A DNA stretch of 64,000 nucleotides, taken from positions 89,590,001 through 89,654,000 of the forward strand of contig OZ320316.1 in NCBI GenBank assembly GCA_976226885.1, written 5' to 3'. Position 1 is the stretch's first letter. The number at the start of each line of letters is the position of its first letter. This DNA is from Iphione sp. A-MEVVRFRX5. Lineage: Eukaryota. The notes under the pieces were generated by a model. It saw only the letters and a program-made list of their open reading frames with translations. It was not told the origin of the DNA and did no database searches. Position numbers and translations under genes: made by a program. Shown here one piece after another: positions 12,573 through 24,955 of the stretch.

Positions 12573-13044
12573 CTGCAGACAGAAAGAGAGAGGGAGAGAC
12601 AAAGAGAGAGAGACAGAGAAAGATAGGTTTATAGAATATAGAAAAATATAAAACGTATCTGTTTCATATAAAATAAATAACACCACTGCAATGTAGGGAA
12701 AGTGGGGGTCTCCCCCACATAAATATATGGATGAATTTTACTAAAGTTATGCTTAATATGCCTTTAATTCATTAAGAAGGGCTCATTTACTAAAGATGCC
12801 TTTGGTTTATGGGAAAATGGCACAATTTGCTAGAAGTTTTACTGAAGATGTTTTAATTATTAGAAAAAAAGAGAAAAGGGGGGGGGGGTACGGTCTCACC
12901 CCACATGCATTAAGGACAATATGTATAAATGCATAGTGTAGGCTAAAGACTAGGGTTAGTAATACTGCTGATAGTAGAGATCATTGAGTGCAGGATTTGG
13001 GGTCAATGAGTACAACTTCTGATACCACCGTTATATACACTTTG

Positions 13045-13402
13045 AGGCCAATGAGTGCAGTTTAATTACCTCATGGACATTACTCTAGTGATTGGCTGGT
13101 GGGAGATCATCCTATCTCCCTCATTTGGTATTAAAGCCATGATTGATTAGTGAGAGATTACCCCATATCTCCTAATACGGCGAGAGCTCTCTGATTAGTG
13201 GTAAATATTCTATAGCTTGTTAATTTGTATCCTTTACTAGAGGAAGTGTATTCATTGGCTGAAAACATTCTTTTAACATGATACATTATTGCAACTGATA
13301 GAAGTGTGTTCTGATTGGTCAGATAATGAGGCTAGGCATCTCATTGGTTGATTAATGATTGGAAATGCTATATAAACATTGGATTTAGAAGGAAATAAAC
13401 AG
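13045..13402 (+). promoter_or_regulatory. CCAAT-box cluster plus TATA box (promoter-like or solo-LTR-like)
   Basis: GGCCAATGA near 13047; GATTGGCT 13090, CATTGGCT 13253, GATTGGTC 13313, CATTGGTT 13342; TATATAAA 13369-13376; AATAAA about 25 nt further on. Confidence 0.35.
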
Positions 13403-13973
13403 TTTGGAACTAGCAGCCTTGGTGTTCACTGCAACTTTATTGATCCATTTTACAATAGCGAAATCACTAACATAAGTCATTTTGACACACTTCAACACTT
13501 GCAAATATATAGATTCCTCAAAACCAGAAATCAAGCAAAGTTCACTGGAAAAGTGTGTATCAAATTATAGATGAGCCGATATAACTGAATTATTTAGTTT
13601 TCAATTACAAGTGACCATATTTCAGTTAAAGCCATTCAAATTGAACATGAAAACTAAACATGAATACTACACAAAGGATCTGCTTGAATGCGTCCCACCT
13701 TTACCACCTCAGCGAGAGCCAACATCTGCGTGAACAAAGACAAATCATCTGATTGAAGACCTTACACCTCACCATCCTCTCCCAAAGCCAATGATGGGAT
13801 AACAAAAGCAAAGTGTCTGATTGAATTTGTTAAGGGGCGTTAGATCCCAAAGTCGAAATCAGATGAATCCAAAATCTGGGCCAATTTGCTCTAAATAGCC
13901 ACTGTTCAGCGTTGAAGAATCGTCTGTATTTTGCATATCTTTAAATGCAAAAATAACCCATCAACAATTGTGC

Positions 13974-14076
13974 GGTCTGGGTGACCTGATGGATAAGAGT
14001 ACAAATGTCCAGATAAGCTATGCACAGGGAGGACACGTCATGCAGTCGACCTGGGTTCATATCCCCGGCAGATCCA
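13974..14076 (+). other. Degenerate tRNA-like sequence (possible SINE head or pseudo-tRNA)
   Basis: A-box-like TGACCTGATGG followed by ATAAG, B-box-like GGTTCATATCC (14054-14064), partial end pairing GGTCTG/CAGATC; central segment too long and T-loop non-canonical. Confidence 0.25.
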
Positions 14077-14599
14077 GGAAAAAAATCCCAACAAAAACAT
14101 TGAGAGAAGATGATAAGTATAAAAAGATCGGCAGGGGTACTTTACTGCCACATAACCTTTAACGTCTCTCCTGAGAAAGGGCTAATTGTTCTATTTTGCG
14201 ATCATGGAAGGTTATTCTATATGTTCCCATCCTCCCTACTGTAGTCCAGCAAAGCAATAATGATTTTAATACCTGCTAGGCTTTCGGGTGTTAAAAGTGA
14301 AATTTCAATTTTGTATGCTTGTCTTTTAAGCAATTACTTCGCGCGCACAAACCTCAATATTCATTTTTCCTTGTATTTGTTGACCATTTACACGTGTTAT
14401 CCACAATGGGCACGTAGAGCACTTCACGAGAGGTTAAATTTGACCAGGGACTCCATAGGACTAAAATGATTCATTTTGTCAAGTAGATGGCTGCTATTTT
14501 ATAAATTATTGGTGAATATGCTATGATCCAAGGTATGGGGATAGCCCGGATGCAAATTCATATAAATATACATGTATGTTACAGTCCTACTAGAATTCC

Positions 14600-14900
14600 C
14601 CAAGCATTCGCTTTATAGTTTGGGCTATGACGTACCACACTCTTTAGGTGTACTATGGCAGTTATGTAGACGAGTGGGTAGAACTTGTCATTCTCCGACT
14701 TCCATAGAGACTGACACTCTTCATTACAAAACCCAGGATTCACTTGAAGCATAGGTCTGTATAAAGTGTTCCCTCCGTAACCGACACATCCTATTCCAAG
14801 TGATTCCGTCGGTTATATGCGAACTATCGGTATGGTGCATAGATTATAGTAGAAGTTCTATCGAGAGTACTTTTCAGGCTCTGGATACCATCACGTCTTT
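14600..14900 (+). mobile_element. Degenerate Penelope-like RT fragment
   Basis: SYVDEW (RYVDD), IETDTLHYKTQDS (IxTDLYxKPTD) and a following HP/IP-like segment. Confidence 0.3.
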
Positions 14901-15099
14901 GTATGGTGTGAGCGTTTACCTGTCAAAGGAGAGAGGTAAAACAGATATCAAAAGGATGGGGGACAGAGATGCAGTATAGATTTTTTGTTTATCTGGAGGG
15001 TCAAAATGGTAGATTTAGATACACATCCCCGATAGATAATGGAGAAGTAGCAATGTGAATTACTTTACATCTCGTCAAAAGACCCTATCAGGGACGGTG

Positions 15100-15850
15100 A
15101 AAATATTACGTTGTATCTTTGCCAATTGTAAGCAGTTGGGTGTGTCTTTGTAGGACCATGGTATTTACTCCGTTTCCATAGTGACAATGTGGTTTATATT
15201 CACCTTTATGCATTCGTGATAAAACACTTTTCCGGAATTGACGACGATATTCGCTATTCAGGGACACACCTGTGACGAGAAGGACAGGTACAATAGTCTT
15301 CCAACCAACATTTACATCGATATAACTAAAATTACGTGATAGGCTTATTTTCAATTTGTCGTCCTACGCTGCTTAGACGTACATCCACTGATAATCATGA
15401 CTGACCGCAATACATTATTGAGACTTTTTTCGTTCGTTGATGTGAACCTTCTCGTTGTGTGCCTGCAATTTATCAACTGTACAAGATACGAAATGCCGCT
15501 ACTGATCAGATAGCAGCGACAACAATCATCCTAAAACACCAACCATCGAAATTCTTTATATATTGGCTACGTGTGTGAATACATTATTTATGTTCTGGGT
15601 GGCATGATCCCTAGACGAGTCAGCTTCCCTGCCCAGTAATGCAGATGGCAGGCACTCCACAGACAGGTGTCGCAACGTGGCGAAGACAACAGGTTCAGGT
15701 GGCAATGGCTGGCCGTAAAGCATTTTAACTACGGCTCTTGCCGTGCTACTCGCACTGGCTTTTACGTCCACAAGTGCTTCTTGTATTAAGAAAGCCCTTT
15801 TAGCTTGAGTAAACAGTCGTAGAAAGGGTAGAAATGGTAACACCTGATCA
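15100..15850 (-). mobile_element. Degenerate DIRS/Ngaro RNase H and downstream domain
   Basis: HLSVECLPSALLGREADSSR resembles LSAxxLPGxxNxxADxxSR; downstream VDKL and RRFTS traces (IDLFA...FxS). Confidence 0.4.
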
Positions 15851-17559
15851 AAAATGTATACCTGCCATTCTTCAGTTACCTAATGAGCCACCCTATGAAT
15901 TTTGGGGGGTCTTTTAAGATCTATTTTGACAAGATAAGTTAAACTGGCGCGATGTCAAGAGCCGGACACTACTTAGGATGGACTGCTCCATTAGTATCTT
16001 TAATGCAGTACCGAGAGGAAAACAAGCAGAGTCGTTCGTAAATCACCGTATCCTGCAGTCTCCGGAAAGCAACGCCATGCTGCCTAACCCGGCTATGCAG
16101 TTAAGGCAAATTAAGGACTCAAATCAATGCAGGACGCCAGATCAGCGCCACCGTTTTATCAGACATGTTAAGGCGGGCCAATCAGCAATCAGCATCCTTT
16201 GACATGCGACGGACCCAGATGTACAAGCTGTCCGCCCCAGGATGGCAGTCCTCTTGACAGCGCACTGTGTGCTCTGCCCCACCCTGGTGGTATTTGGTGC
16301 CAGTAAATGGGAATCGTCCGGCACGCGACGCTATAGGTGGACTGACCTATGGCGCTAATGTTTCGGAGGCAAGCAACGGGTAAGAGAAAAAAGCGTTGGC
16401 CACCATCAGTAAATCAGTACAGTTAGATGCTCCCTGCACCCGTCAACTAACAACGGGGGATCGCGGCTACCAGGTGCCAGTAACAGGACCCACGTCACAA
16501 GGATCATCACAATAAGAAGCGGCGGATTCGAGAATGCTCTATTTTTTCCTCCTCTCCAAATTACAACTGCCCTTTCTTCAAAAGGAATAGACATTTATGC
16601 GCCATGGTATTATTTTGATTTCTTCTCGCCGCGGCCCTGGTGAGAAGCGCATCATTTCACCGATTCGGCGGACTTTTTACGTCGTGCTGGGATAGTGTCG
16701 CGAAAGTATGCTGTCGCATACCGACCAGACGGTGGTTGAGGCAGAGAACGGCCTGTACTACCTCGTCCATGTCGAGCACAGAACTACTACATCATGCATC
16801 ATGCCTTGGTGAGTTATGTCTCCGTGTCCCTCAGTTTCCAAAAGGTCTATAAGGACTCACCTATGGGATCGGGTGTGAAAGCTGGGAGGGCCAGTTCTGA
16901 AAACGTGAACATTCATGGGCTACATGCAGCGTTACATTCTACTTACATGCCAGTGCAACTTAAACGATATCTCTTTGTAATGTTTTACGGTGATTCGACT
17001 GCTTTGCATGCCGTATAATGTTTTAGTCTAGGTACGTACATCGACTCTCCACATATTCATGTACGTGAGATGCAGCTCTCTAAGGCTCAATGTTGTACTG
17101 CCATCAAAGGGCAAGGGGACAACTGGAAAGTTATCAGGACGTTCACGTGTGAAAGGGTAACAGGTCACATGGAAAGAACGTACCTAAATATAACTAGAGA
17201 AGAAGACTCTGTTTGATGGTACACAGCGGTACAGATAATATGGACTACCTATGCGAGATAGGCGGTATCCCGTTAGATCTATCACTAAAATATAAACTAC
17301 AAAATTCACCCCGATCAAACAAAAGGCTCAGTGGAGGCAAGGTAGATTCGAGAGAATGTACTGGATATAAAAATCTAGATAATGAAAACCAAGCAGTGAT
17401 GTTATGAAGGTATCTAGTTGCAATTTGTTTCTGTTTACCTTGAGGGACAATTCAATAAGATATATACATGTGTGTATATAATGTCATCCCTGCGCTGGGC
17501 CACATTCAGCTCTAATGCAGACATAAAGGCATCTATATATCGTATATATATGGTTATCT

Positions 17560-19095
17560 TCAAAGGCTATTGTCTTCTAACATTATTGAGTGATAATTAG
17601 AATTGTTATTATTGAGCGCAAAAGGTCATTAACATGTGATGCTTTTGAAAAGTTACTTATGATTGCTCTAGCTGTCTTAGGCAGTCAATCTAACCATTTT
17701 ATCTCTCTCCATAAGAACTTTTTAAAGGCTGACGTTGGTAATGTCTTCATAGCCAGATTTAGCGTAATTCAAGTTCAAATTTCCTCATCAAGAAAGAAAC
17801 TCTTTGCCTATACAGTCAGCTTAGTTGTCTCTGCAGCCAGTCTTTCCATTGCAGCCGTTGTAATGCCATGTCTCTGCTTCCTACATAAAAGTTGATTTTG
17901 CAGGTTATAAATTAAGAGCACCAAGAAATACTTCTATGTACCTAAGGGATGGGGGATATTTTTCCTAGCCAACCATTCTCGGACTTTTCTCATGGACCCC
18001 TACCACAACATTTCCTGACTTCCCTGTAGCAACATGTCAACAATCCCAGTGGTAGTAATTTCTGATTACAGATTTTTCACATTCTCCCAAGCAAGAAAAC
18101 CATGGAGTTTATTTTCTTCATCTCATGGTCTGTCATTTTATTAAGTTGTAACGTTTCCTCCAAGAACTTTGAAATAGACATCTACTGACGCTACCCAGTT
18201 TCGAGCCACCCAGCCTAAGAATCAGGTTAAACAGTAATGCCTTCCCCATACACATATATTTGCTCTTATTTAGTATACATTCATTACCTGCACACTATTG
18301 CCCAACTTTCGTGATAATAAATTTAATTTTCATACACAATGCATTAGCCCCCCAACCCGATAATGATAACATCATTTGCATACAGATAGAGCTTGCACAA
18401 GAATACCTGCTTTACTATATCATGTTACCAGAATTAAAAACTAGGGGCTGAGGATTCACCCTTTTGGTACCCCGTATTGATTTTGCCTTCCATTACACAA
18501 AGTTCCAGTGCATAAAACCCTCTGGGTTCTAATGCTCAAATAGCATTTTATCCAACTAATTATACCTCCTTGAAAGTCTGTATACCCCAGTTTACTTATC
18601 AGGAGTTTATGGATTACAAGCAATCTTCGACATACAGTGGAACACCTACTTCTGACCATCACTTGGGACGAAGTCTAAGTTGTCACATTGGCGAATTTAA
18701 TTGTTAATTTTAGAAATCAATAATTTGGTTCCAACCTCAGGTGGTCGGAATAGCAAGAATGCTTGCAAGTTGATGTGCTCGCAAATAGGGTTTTGACCAT
18801 ATTTTAAATATACAGGCAACCCACCTACCCTCTATTAACAGTTCCAACACAATTTTCATCAATGCAGCACAGGCAGCTGCTGTCACCATCGAATTTTCTA
18901 AAGCAATGCTGGCTTTTTGACAGACATTTGTGTTCTTAAGCATAACCAAACATCTGCAATAGTACGGTGCTTTTTAGGAATTTTCATGAAGAAAAAATTG
19001 AATAAAACGTGTCTATAATTGGCCTTTTCCTTGGCACAGCCCTTTCTGTGTAAAGGGATAAACAGTGCCTTTTTTCCAGTCCAAATGTTTTCCAT
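17560..19095 (-). mobile_element. Fragmented CR1/L2-type LINE RT
   Basis: IWTGKKALFIPLHRKG...NYR (18898-19095); IHKLLISKL...WIKCYLSIRTQRV...YGVPKG (18456-18662); KTARAIISNFSKASHVNDLL C-terminal trace (~17620-17700). Confidence 0.7.
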
Positions 19096-21043
19096 CAGTT
19101 AAATGTTCATTCAGTCAATTAATTAATGATTTTATCATTACCAAGTATTAAATTCAATCAAGGATATGGACCAAACAAAGAGACTAGGGAGGCGCATTAA
19201 TGTTAGTAAAGCATTGTATAAATTGTATGAAAGTACTATTTTTATTGTACAAAATGAAACACTCTATTTGTCTTTTTCAAATCCAAACAATCAGGCTTTA
19301 TATTTATGCAGTACATGTACTTACGATTGAAGGAGCATTAAGCAAATTTTTATCCTTTCCTATGCAAAAAATATTATCAGGCCCACTGTGTGATGACGAG
19401 ATATCCAAAGGATGACTGATCCCTTTCTACAGACACTGTGCTAACTGCCTGAGAATAGAGTGACTGTAGATAAGCGTAATATATATATATACATATTTGT
19501 GCCTGTGCTTCTGAATGCATTACTCGAAATAACGAAGAGCACTAGACCAATGATCCTAAGGCACGTCGTCGGAACTCGGTTGAGCTAAAATCGAGATTGG
19601 TTTCTACAATCCCAATCCACAGCTTTTTAAAGACTATTTGCTGTGAAGGATCATCTCTTTCATACACTAAGAATACACGAAAACCTGTTCTAAAAACAGA
19701 TTACGCTAGGCCGTTGGTAATCTGCAAGAGACAGTAATATCTTCATACTGAAACACAAAGAGAACCATTAGAGGAAAAAAACTGAATGAAGAATCACAGG
19801 CCGCACATAGAGTGTCATAAATACTAGTCATAGGGGTTTGTAAGCTATAGATACCACAATAAAACCGTACGGATGTACTTGCTAGCTCCTACACATTTGG
19901 AAAAAATGGCATAACGATTTGTATACTGTGGTGTAAAGAGTGCGACACACACAAAAAGGAATGCAAAACTGGAGATGTTCCAGGTGCGTTTGATAGAAAC
20001 GCCACTGTGATGTAACAGCGTGAACGAAGTTTAGTGTATGCGCTTGATACGGTGCCAAAGCTCTTTCACGAGATTTTATTTAAGCAAATGGAAACCATAT
20101 TGGAAATTATCACTAAGTGGTCCTGTACTTCTGATTTATCAGAACATCTCAAAACTGTTATGCTAATCTATGCAATGTACACTCGGACCGCTAAAAAGGC
20201 CAAAATCTGTATAATTTTGTCTTGGATTTGTCTTAATACATATTAATACCTGAATGACATACAACCCCATGTTAAACCTAAAATAAACATATACAAACTA
20301 CAGAGACTGTAAAAATCATTCTAGCAAAATATCCTTATACACAAGGAAGTAAGTTGCGCATCAGTGAATCTCAAATCCGCGCTAAATCAGCAACTGTATC
20401 TATTCTTAGACCACGATGCTTAGCACCATCAGCACATAGGTAAAAATGTCTGCACACTTATGCATGGGGAACGAAGTGCTTGTATGTACAGTACAGAAAG
20501 ATGTGGCTTACTTAGGTAGAGCTGTTTTTGCTTAAAAACACATATATGCCTGTTGTGTCTCATGAGAATCCATTTACCTATTTGTAGATAGCCAGATGGA
20601 GGGAAAGAGAAAGAGAGATGGAGAAAGAGAGTGTTTGGGGGAAAAGATGTACAAGTAAACATCTGATGAAAAGGATGGATCCTACCCTTTGCTTTCTGCC
20701 ATGAGTTTCCTTGAAATGTGGGTTGATTGTGCTGCATCTATTGCACTATACAATGCACCTGTTTGTATGAGTGGAGTTCAGTATGCCTATTCAGCCCTAT
20801 ATGACAGACATCTATATATGGCATATCCAGGGTTCTAGATATCACTGCTGGATGATAGCAGCATTGGTATCAATATGTCCAAAGAAAAGAGTAGAAGACT
20901 GCAAGCTTTATGGTTCTATATCTCACTTCGATGCTATCCCCATGTGCACAGATTTTCTGGACCTGGGCCTGGTGGTATAAACAGCAGAAAACCAGATGAG
21001 GTAATTATAACAGAACTATCCCCATGCACACACGTAACCCACC

Positions 21044-21082
21044 CACATTGGGATAGGGCCTCAGGCCCTATCCCCAAATGTG
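21044..21082. repeat. Inverted repeat, probably two MITE termini joined back-to-back through TCA
   Basis: GGGATAGGGCC-TCA-GGCCCTATCCC perfect 11-bp arms, extended by CACATT/AATGTG; related CTATCCCCATG copies at ~20934 and ~21016. Confidence 0.75.
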
Positions 21083-21919
21083 CGGGATAAAAATCTGCCT
21101 CCAGGGGTGGGGTTCAGGCTGTCCACACCTCCCCGCCACTGGTGCTGGGACCTTTTCCCATGTGCACAGGTTATATGCACTGTCTTTACATATGACAAGT
21201 GCCTTCCATACAGTAATTTTTTCCAAATTAATGTCAGAGAATAGAATAGAATTATTTATTTGAAAGTGAGGCATACCAGTTGAAATTTTGGGTCTTTATG
21301 CAAAAGCAAGGCATATCGGTGGAAATTTAAGGTCTTTTTATGCAAATGAAACCAAATGAGGTCACTGATTTTAAAGAACTAAATATGTTGAAGCATTTAA
21401 CATATGTTTCACATACAGTAGAAACTCTATTTCCGACCCCACCAATTTCCGACCATTCTCTATTGCCGACCATCTGAAGTGGGTACCAAAATGTTGTTTT
21501 CTTTACATTTGATACCCTACTTGTGACCAAATTCGCCAATCCGACCATTTAAGCTTGCTGTTTTTTCCCTAGAAAAGTGGCAAAATGCAGACAGCTATGA
21601 CAGCCAAGAGCAAGAATAAGCTTTAAAAAAGCAAGCACATAAATACAATACATGTTCGAGTACTTAATGATTAGTGCCTTAAGTAGTATTGACTGTGTAA
21701 AAACAATTTGTACTGAACCTTTTTGAATACAGTCCCGATATCCATGATACCGCTAATTCAGTGACGTTTCAAAAACCTAAATAAATTTCAAAAGTAACGC
21801 ATATAATGCATCTGCCTCACTTCCTAAGCCGCCTTGATCAATCCGCTTATATACGTTTTTGCATTAAATGTTCATAGACTGCAACATATGTGCATGTATA
21901 TTGATTTATATACATTATA

Positions 21920-21960
21920 ATCAGCTTTTTCTAATTCAGGTAAGAATAAGAAAAAGTAAG
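21920..21960 (+). promoter_or_regulatory. Second acceptor-donor fusion (recursive-splice-like) or short terminal exon GKNKKK*
   Basis: CTTTTTCTAATTCAG|GTAAGA with the junction at 21939/21940. Confidence 0.3.
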
Positions 21961-24179
21961 AAGCATTGAAATTATGAGCATGGTTATACAGTCATTGCTT
22001 CTCAGACAACATATTCTTGTAGCTATACAAATCTTGCATTAGATCGCACTTGGAGACTTGTTTTCTATTAGCTGAAACTAGCATACACTGTACTATCGAT
22101 GTACACTTATACACAATATGAAGGCGACACGAAGTCATTTTTTGATCGTTAATATCACTACCAGTCCATGAATCGCCCCATCTACAATATAGTTGATTCC
22201 CTGGATGTCATATAGTGACTATAATTTAAAAAGTAAATGCCACAGCGAGCGAGCGATGTAAATAACCATAGATGGAGATAACTAAAAGGAACCGGACATC
22301 CACTAATGCCTCCTCAAGATTCGCACAATTCATGTAGACAGCGATGAATCGCCTAGGGCAAGTTGTCAAGTCCAATATATACCAGTGTCTAATAATTGTT
22401 ATCAGTCTATCCGGCAGACGGCTCTATACTTGGATGTGTTTGTTTTGGTAGCCGAAACGGTTAACGTATTTCTGAATGGCTTCCAGAAGCATTGCCATGT
22501 TTGAGCCTACTGTCACAGGCATTGGTCCTAGAAAGGCATATGTTGTCCAGCTTCCTATGCTGAGTCGGGCAGTTTAGAGAGATCCCAATTACATCCTTAC
22601 CAGCTGTAAGGGACTTCGAAGGATTCAAAGCCTCTCCACCCTTAGAGGCGTGGTACGAGGGGCATGATTAATCCTCCCTGATCACTACTGAGAAGGGACA
22701 CGTAGGACAGAGGTGCAGGTCTCCCCAGAGCAACAGCGTGAGCTATAGCCCCACAAAGGAACAATGGCTCTCACACCCCAACATCAGGAGAGCTCTCCGC
22801 GTCAAAGACTGGAGATAACCACATTACTGAGACTACACAAGTGATTCAACATTATCAGTAATCCTGTGACAAACTCATAGATGGGAAAAAGGATACAAGA
22901 TTGGAGACGTATCTGAACTAGGGTGTAAAATGCATTGCTTTTTCATTTTCTAATCACTTTGAAACTATTGAATTTGAGCTAACGCATGTGAGTTGCCTCT
23001 AACTGCAAGAGTTTCTTTCACAAGAGTTGTAAAGTATTATAATAAAACTTTATTAACACGACATTCATTTAATCGGAGAATGAGCTCTATTTCTTCTGCT
23101 ACGGTAATCGAGCTAATGAACATGGTTTGGGCTTTTTATTGGCTATGGCAGTGGGGTAACTGCCTTCTTACTGTGGCGAAGAGCCCAGCATTGCTGACAT
23201 AAACAGTCACGCCCATAGTATGCAGGCAGGTCGTCTGTTGTCGGCTGTCCTCATACACCTGCTGTAGCTTATCTATTAAACAATAGCCCAAAATAGCCCA
23301 AAGGAGCAGATGAGTCCCAGGGGCGTTGTGACACTGCCGCAGTCCTAGAAAACGTCGTTCAATAACGGCAGCAGGCAAGCCGAAAACAGAACAGCGTCAC
23401 GGGCCCGATTGGTGGAGGAGCAAGCAACGAGTGGATGACATGAAACCAAGGGGAGCCCCAAAGAGAGGAAAGAAGTGTAACGAACGGGTGGCTGGCACGG
23501 AATAGCAACAACCAACAAAGCAATGAGAGTGGGGAATAAAATGTACCTACACATTCAAAACCTGGAACCATGCACGTGGGACTATGGGATGGGACTACAG
23601 CACGAGCCTACAAAGGACATCGACACTGATGGTCAGTGAGTAGGAGTGGAGCAGTCATACGTAAAGTGGAAGGTTGAATAGGCATGTCCCTTGCCTACCA
23701 TATCGTTTTTCAACCCTTTTTGCTGCTTTTTTATTGCTACTACATCCTCACACATTCAGAAAAGGTTGTATATAGAAATATATATACATATACAATATCA
23801 GTCATTACACTGCTACCAATTTATATGATTTCCTGCTATTTTACGATCCTTTCTTTCAAAGCCTCAACGTAGTTTTAATGAGGGAGAATCTGATTTTGCC
23901 TTTACGTCAGTTTATTGCAAAAAAAATGAATTCCTAACAGCTTATCACCAGAATGAAGTGATATGAAATACAATGATAAAAACATGTATGCATTCAACAA
24001 TTTTGCTTTATCTTTCTTTTCAATGCAAAAACCTTGTGCACTAATGCATTAGTTTTTCATTTTGATCTAGTAAAGCTACATATGCTAAGAACATGGTTAG
24101 TCTAGTGTATTTCCCAGTATGGCCATGCAAATTCTGATATGGGGTGTTCCTGCCCATGAATACAGCTAGCATGCCTGAG

Positions 24180-24590
24180 GTCTCCCTGTCAAGTACGGTT
24201 GCGAGAGCATGGTCAGTCTACCATTTCTTGATGTTGAGATCGAAGGTCGAGATGGAGAGCAATGGCAGACTGACCATGCTCAAACAAATAGATTTAAAGA
24301 GTGTTCTGACATGGCTTATCAATCATAATTTGATGAAATTATCCATTAGTTTCCTTTGAGATACCTTAAAACTTCATATCCAGACAGGTTTCTTACTCGC
24401 ATGTTTTCAACAAAAATCCCACGTGATCTCTCTCATCCAATCAGCTCGAAGGAGCTTGTTAGTCTGGTGCCCATGCCCTCACTTCATATATTGGGAGGGA
24501 CAACCTTGACGACAAGGTACCAGTCTAAAAGTTCGTTGACTTTCTGTTTGGTTGAAGGTGATACTCTTACTAAAATTCTTTTATTTAATT
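24180..24590 (+). mobile_element. Rearranged Penelope-like RT fragment
   Basis: SLPFLDV and EMESNGRL motifs, then ECSD...FDEI...YPDRFL and TSYIG (LPYIG) traces. Confidence 0.6.
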
Positions 24591-24955
24591 AGAAATATTC
24601 AGTGTAATGGCATCTACATGTGTCTAAAAGGTTTGTACATGATAATTTCAAGTAATTCTACTCATTGGTTTACTACAATCTATTTTTATCATATTTCTGT
24701 GTTTAACGCTCCGAGTTGAGCAGACACCCTCCATTTTTATTCCTCCTACTTTGAATTTTTAATAATGGAGAATATTAGCCAATATAAATTAATTTCTCAT
24801 AATAAAAAACAATACTTGGTCGCATCAGACCAATGCACTCCTGTGGTAATAGTAAAGAATAGGATGCACACCCCCGGACATGTGAGAACTCTGGACTATT
24901 GTGAAGTTGACCACCTATATCATGCAGTGCAGATCAGTACAGGGTATGTGATTAA

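Noticed and set aside
14914-14940. Minus-strand CTCTCTCCTTTGACAG|GTAAAC fusion
   Set aside because: Weaker donor; recorded mainly as evidence that AG|GT fusions arise on both strands by chance.
15978-16350. GC-rich stretch as a tyrosine recombinase or DIRS gag
   Set aside because: No convincing catalytic or gag motif in any frame; left uncalled.
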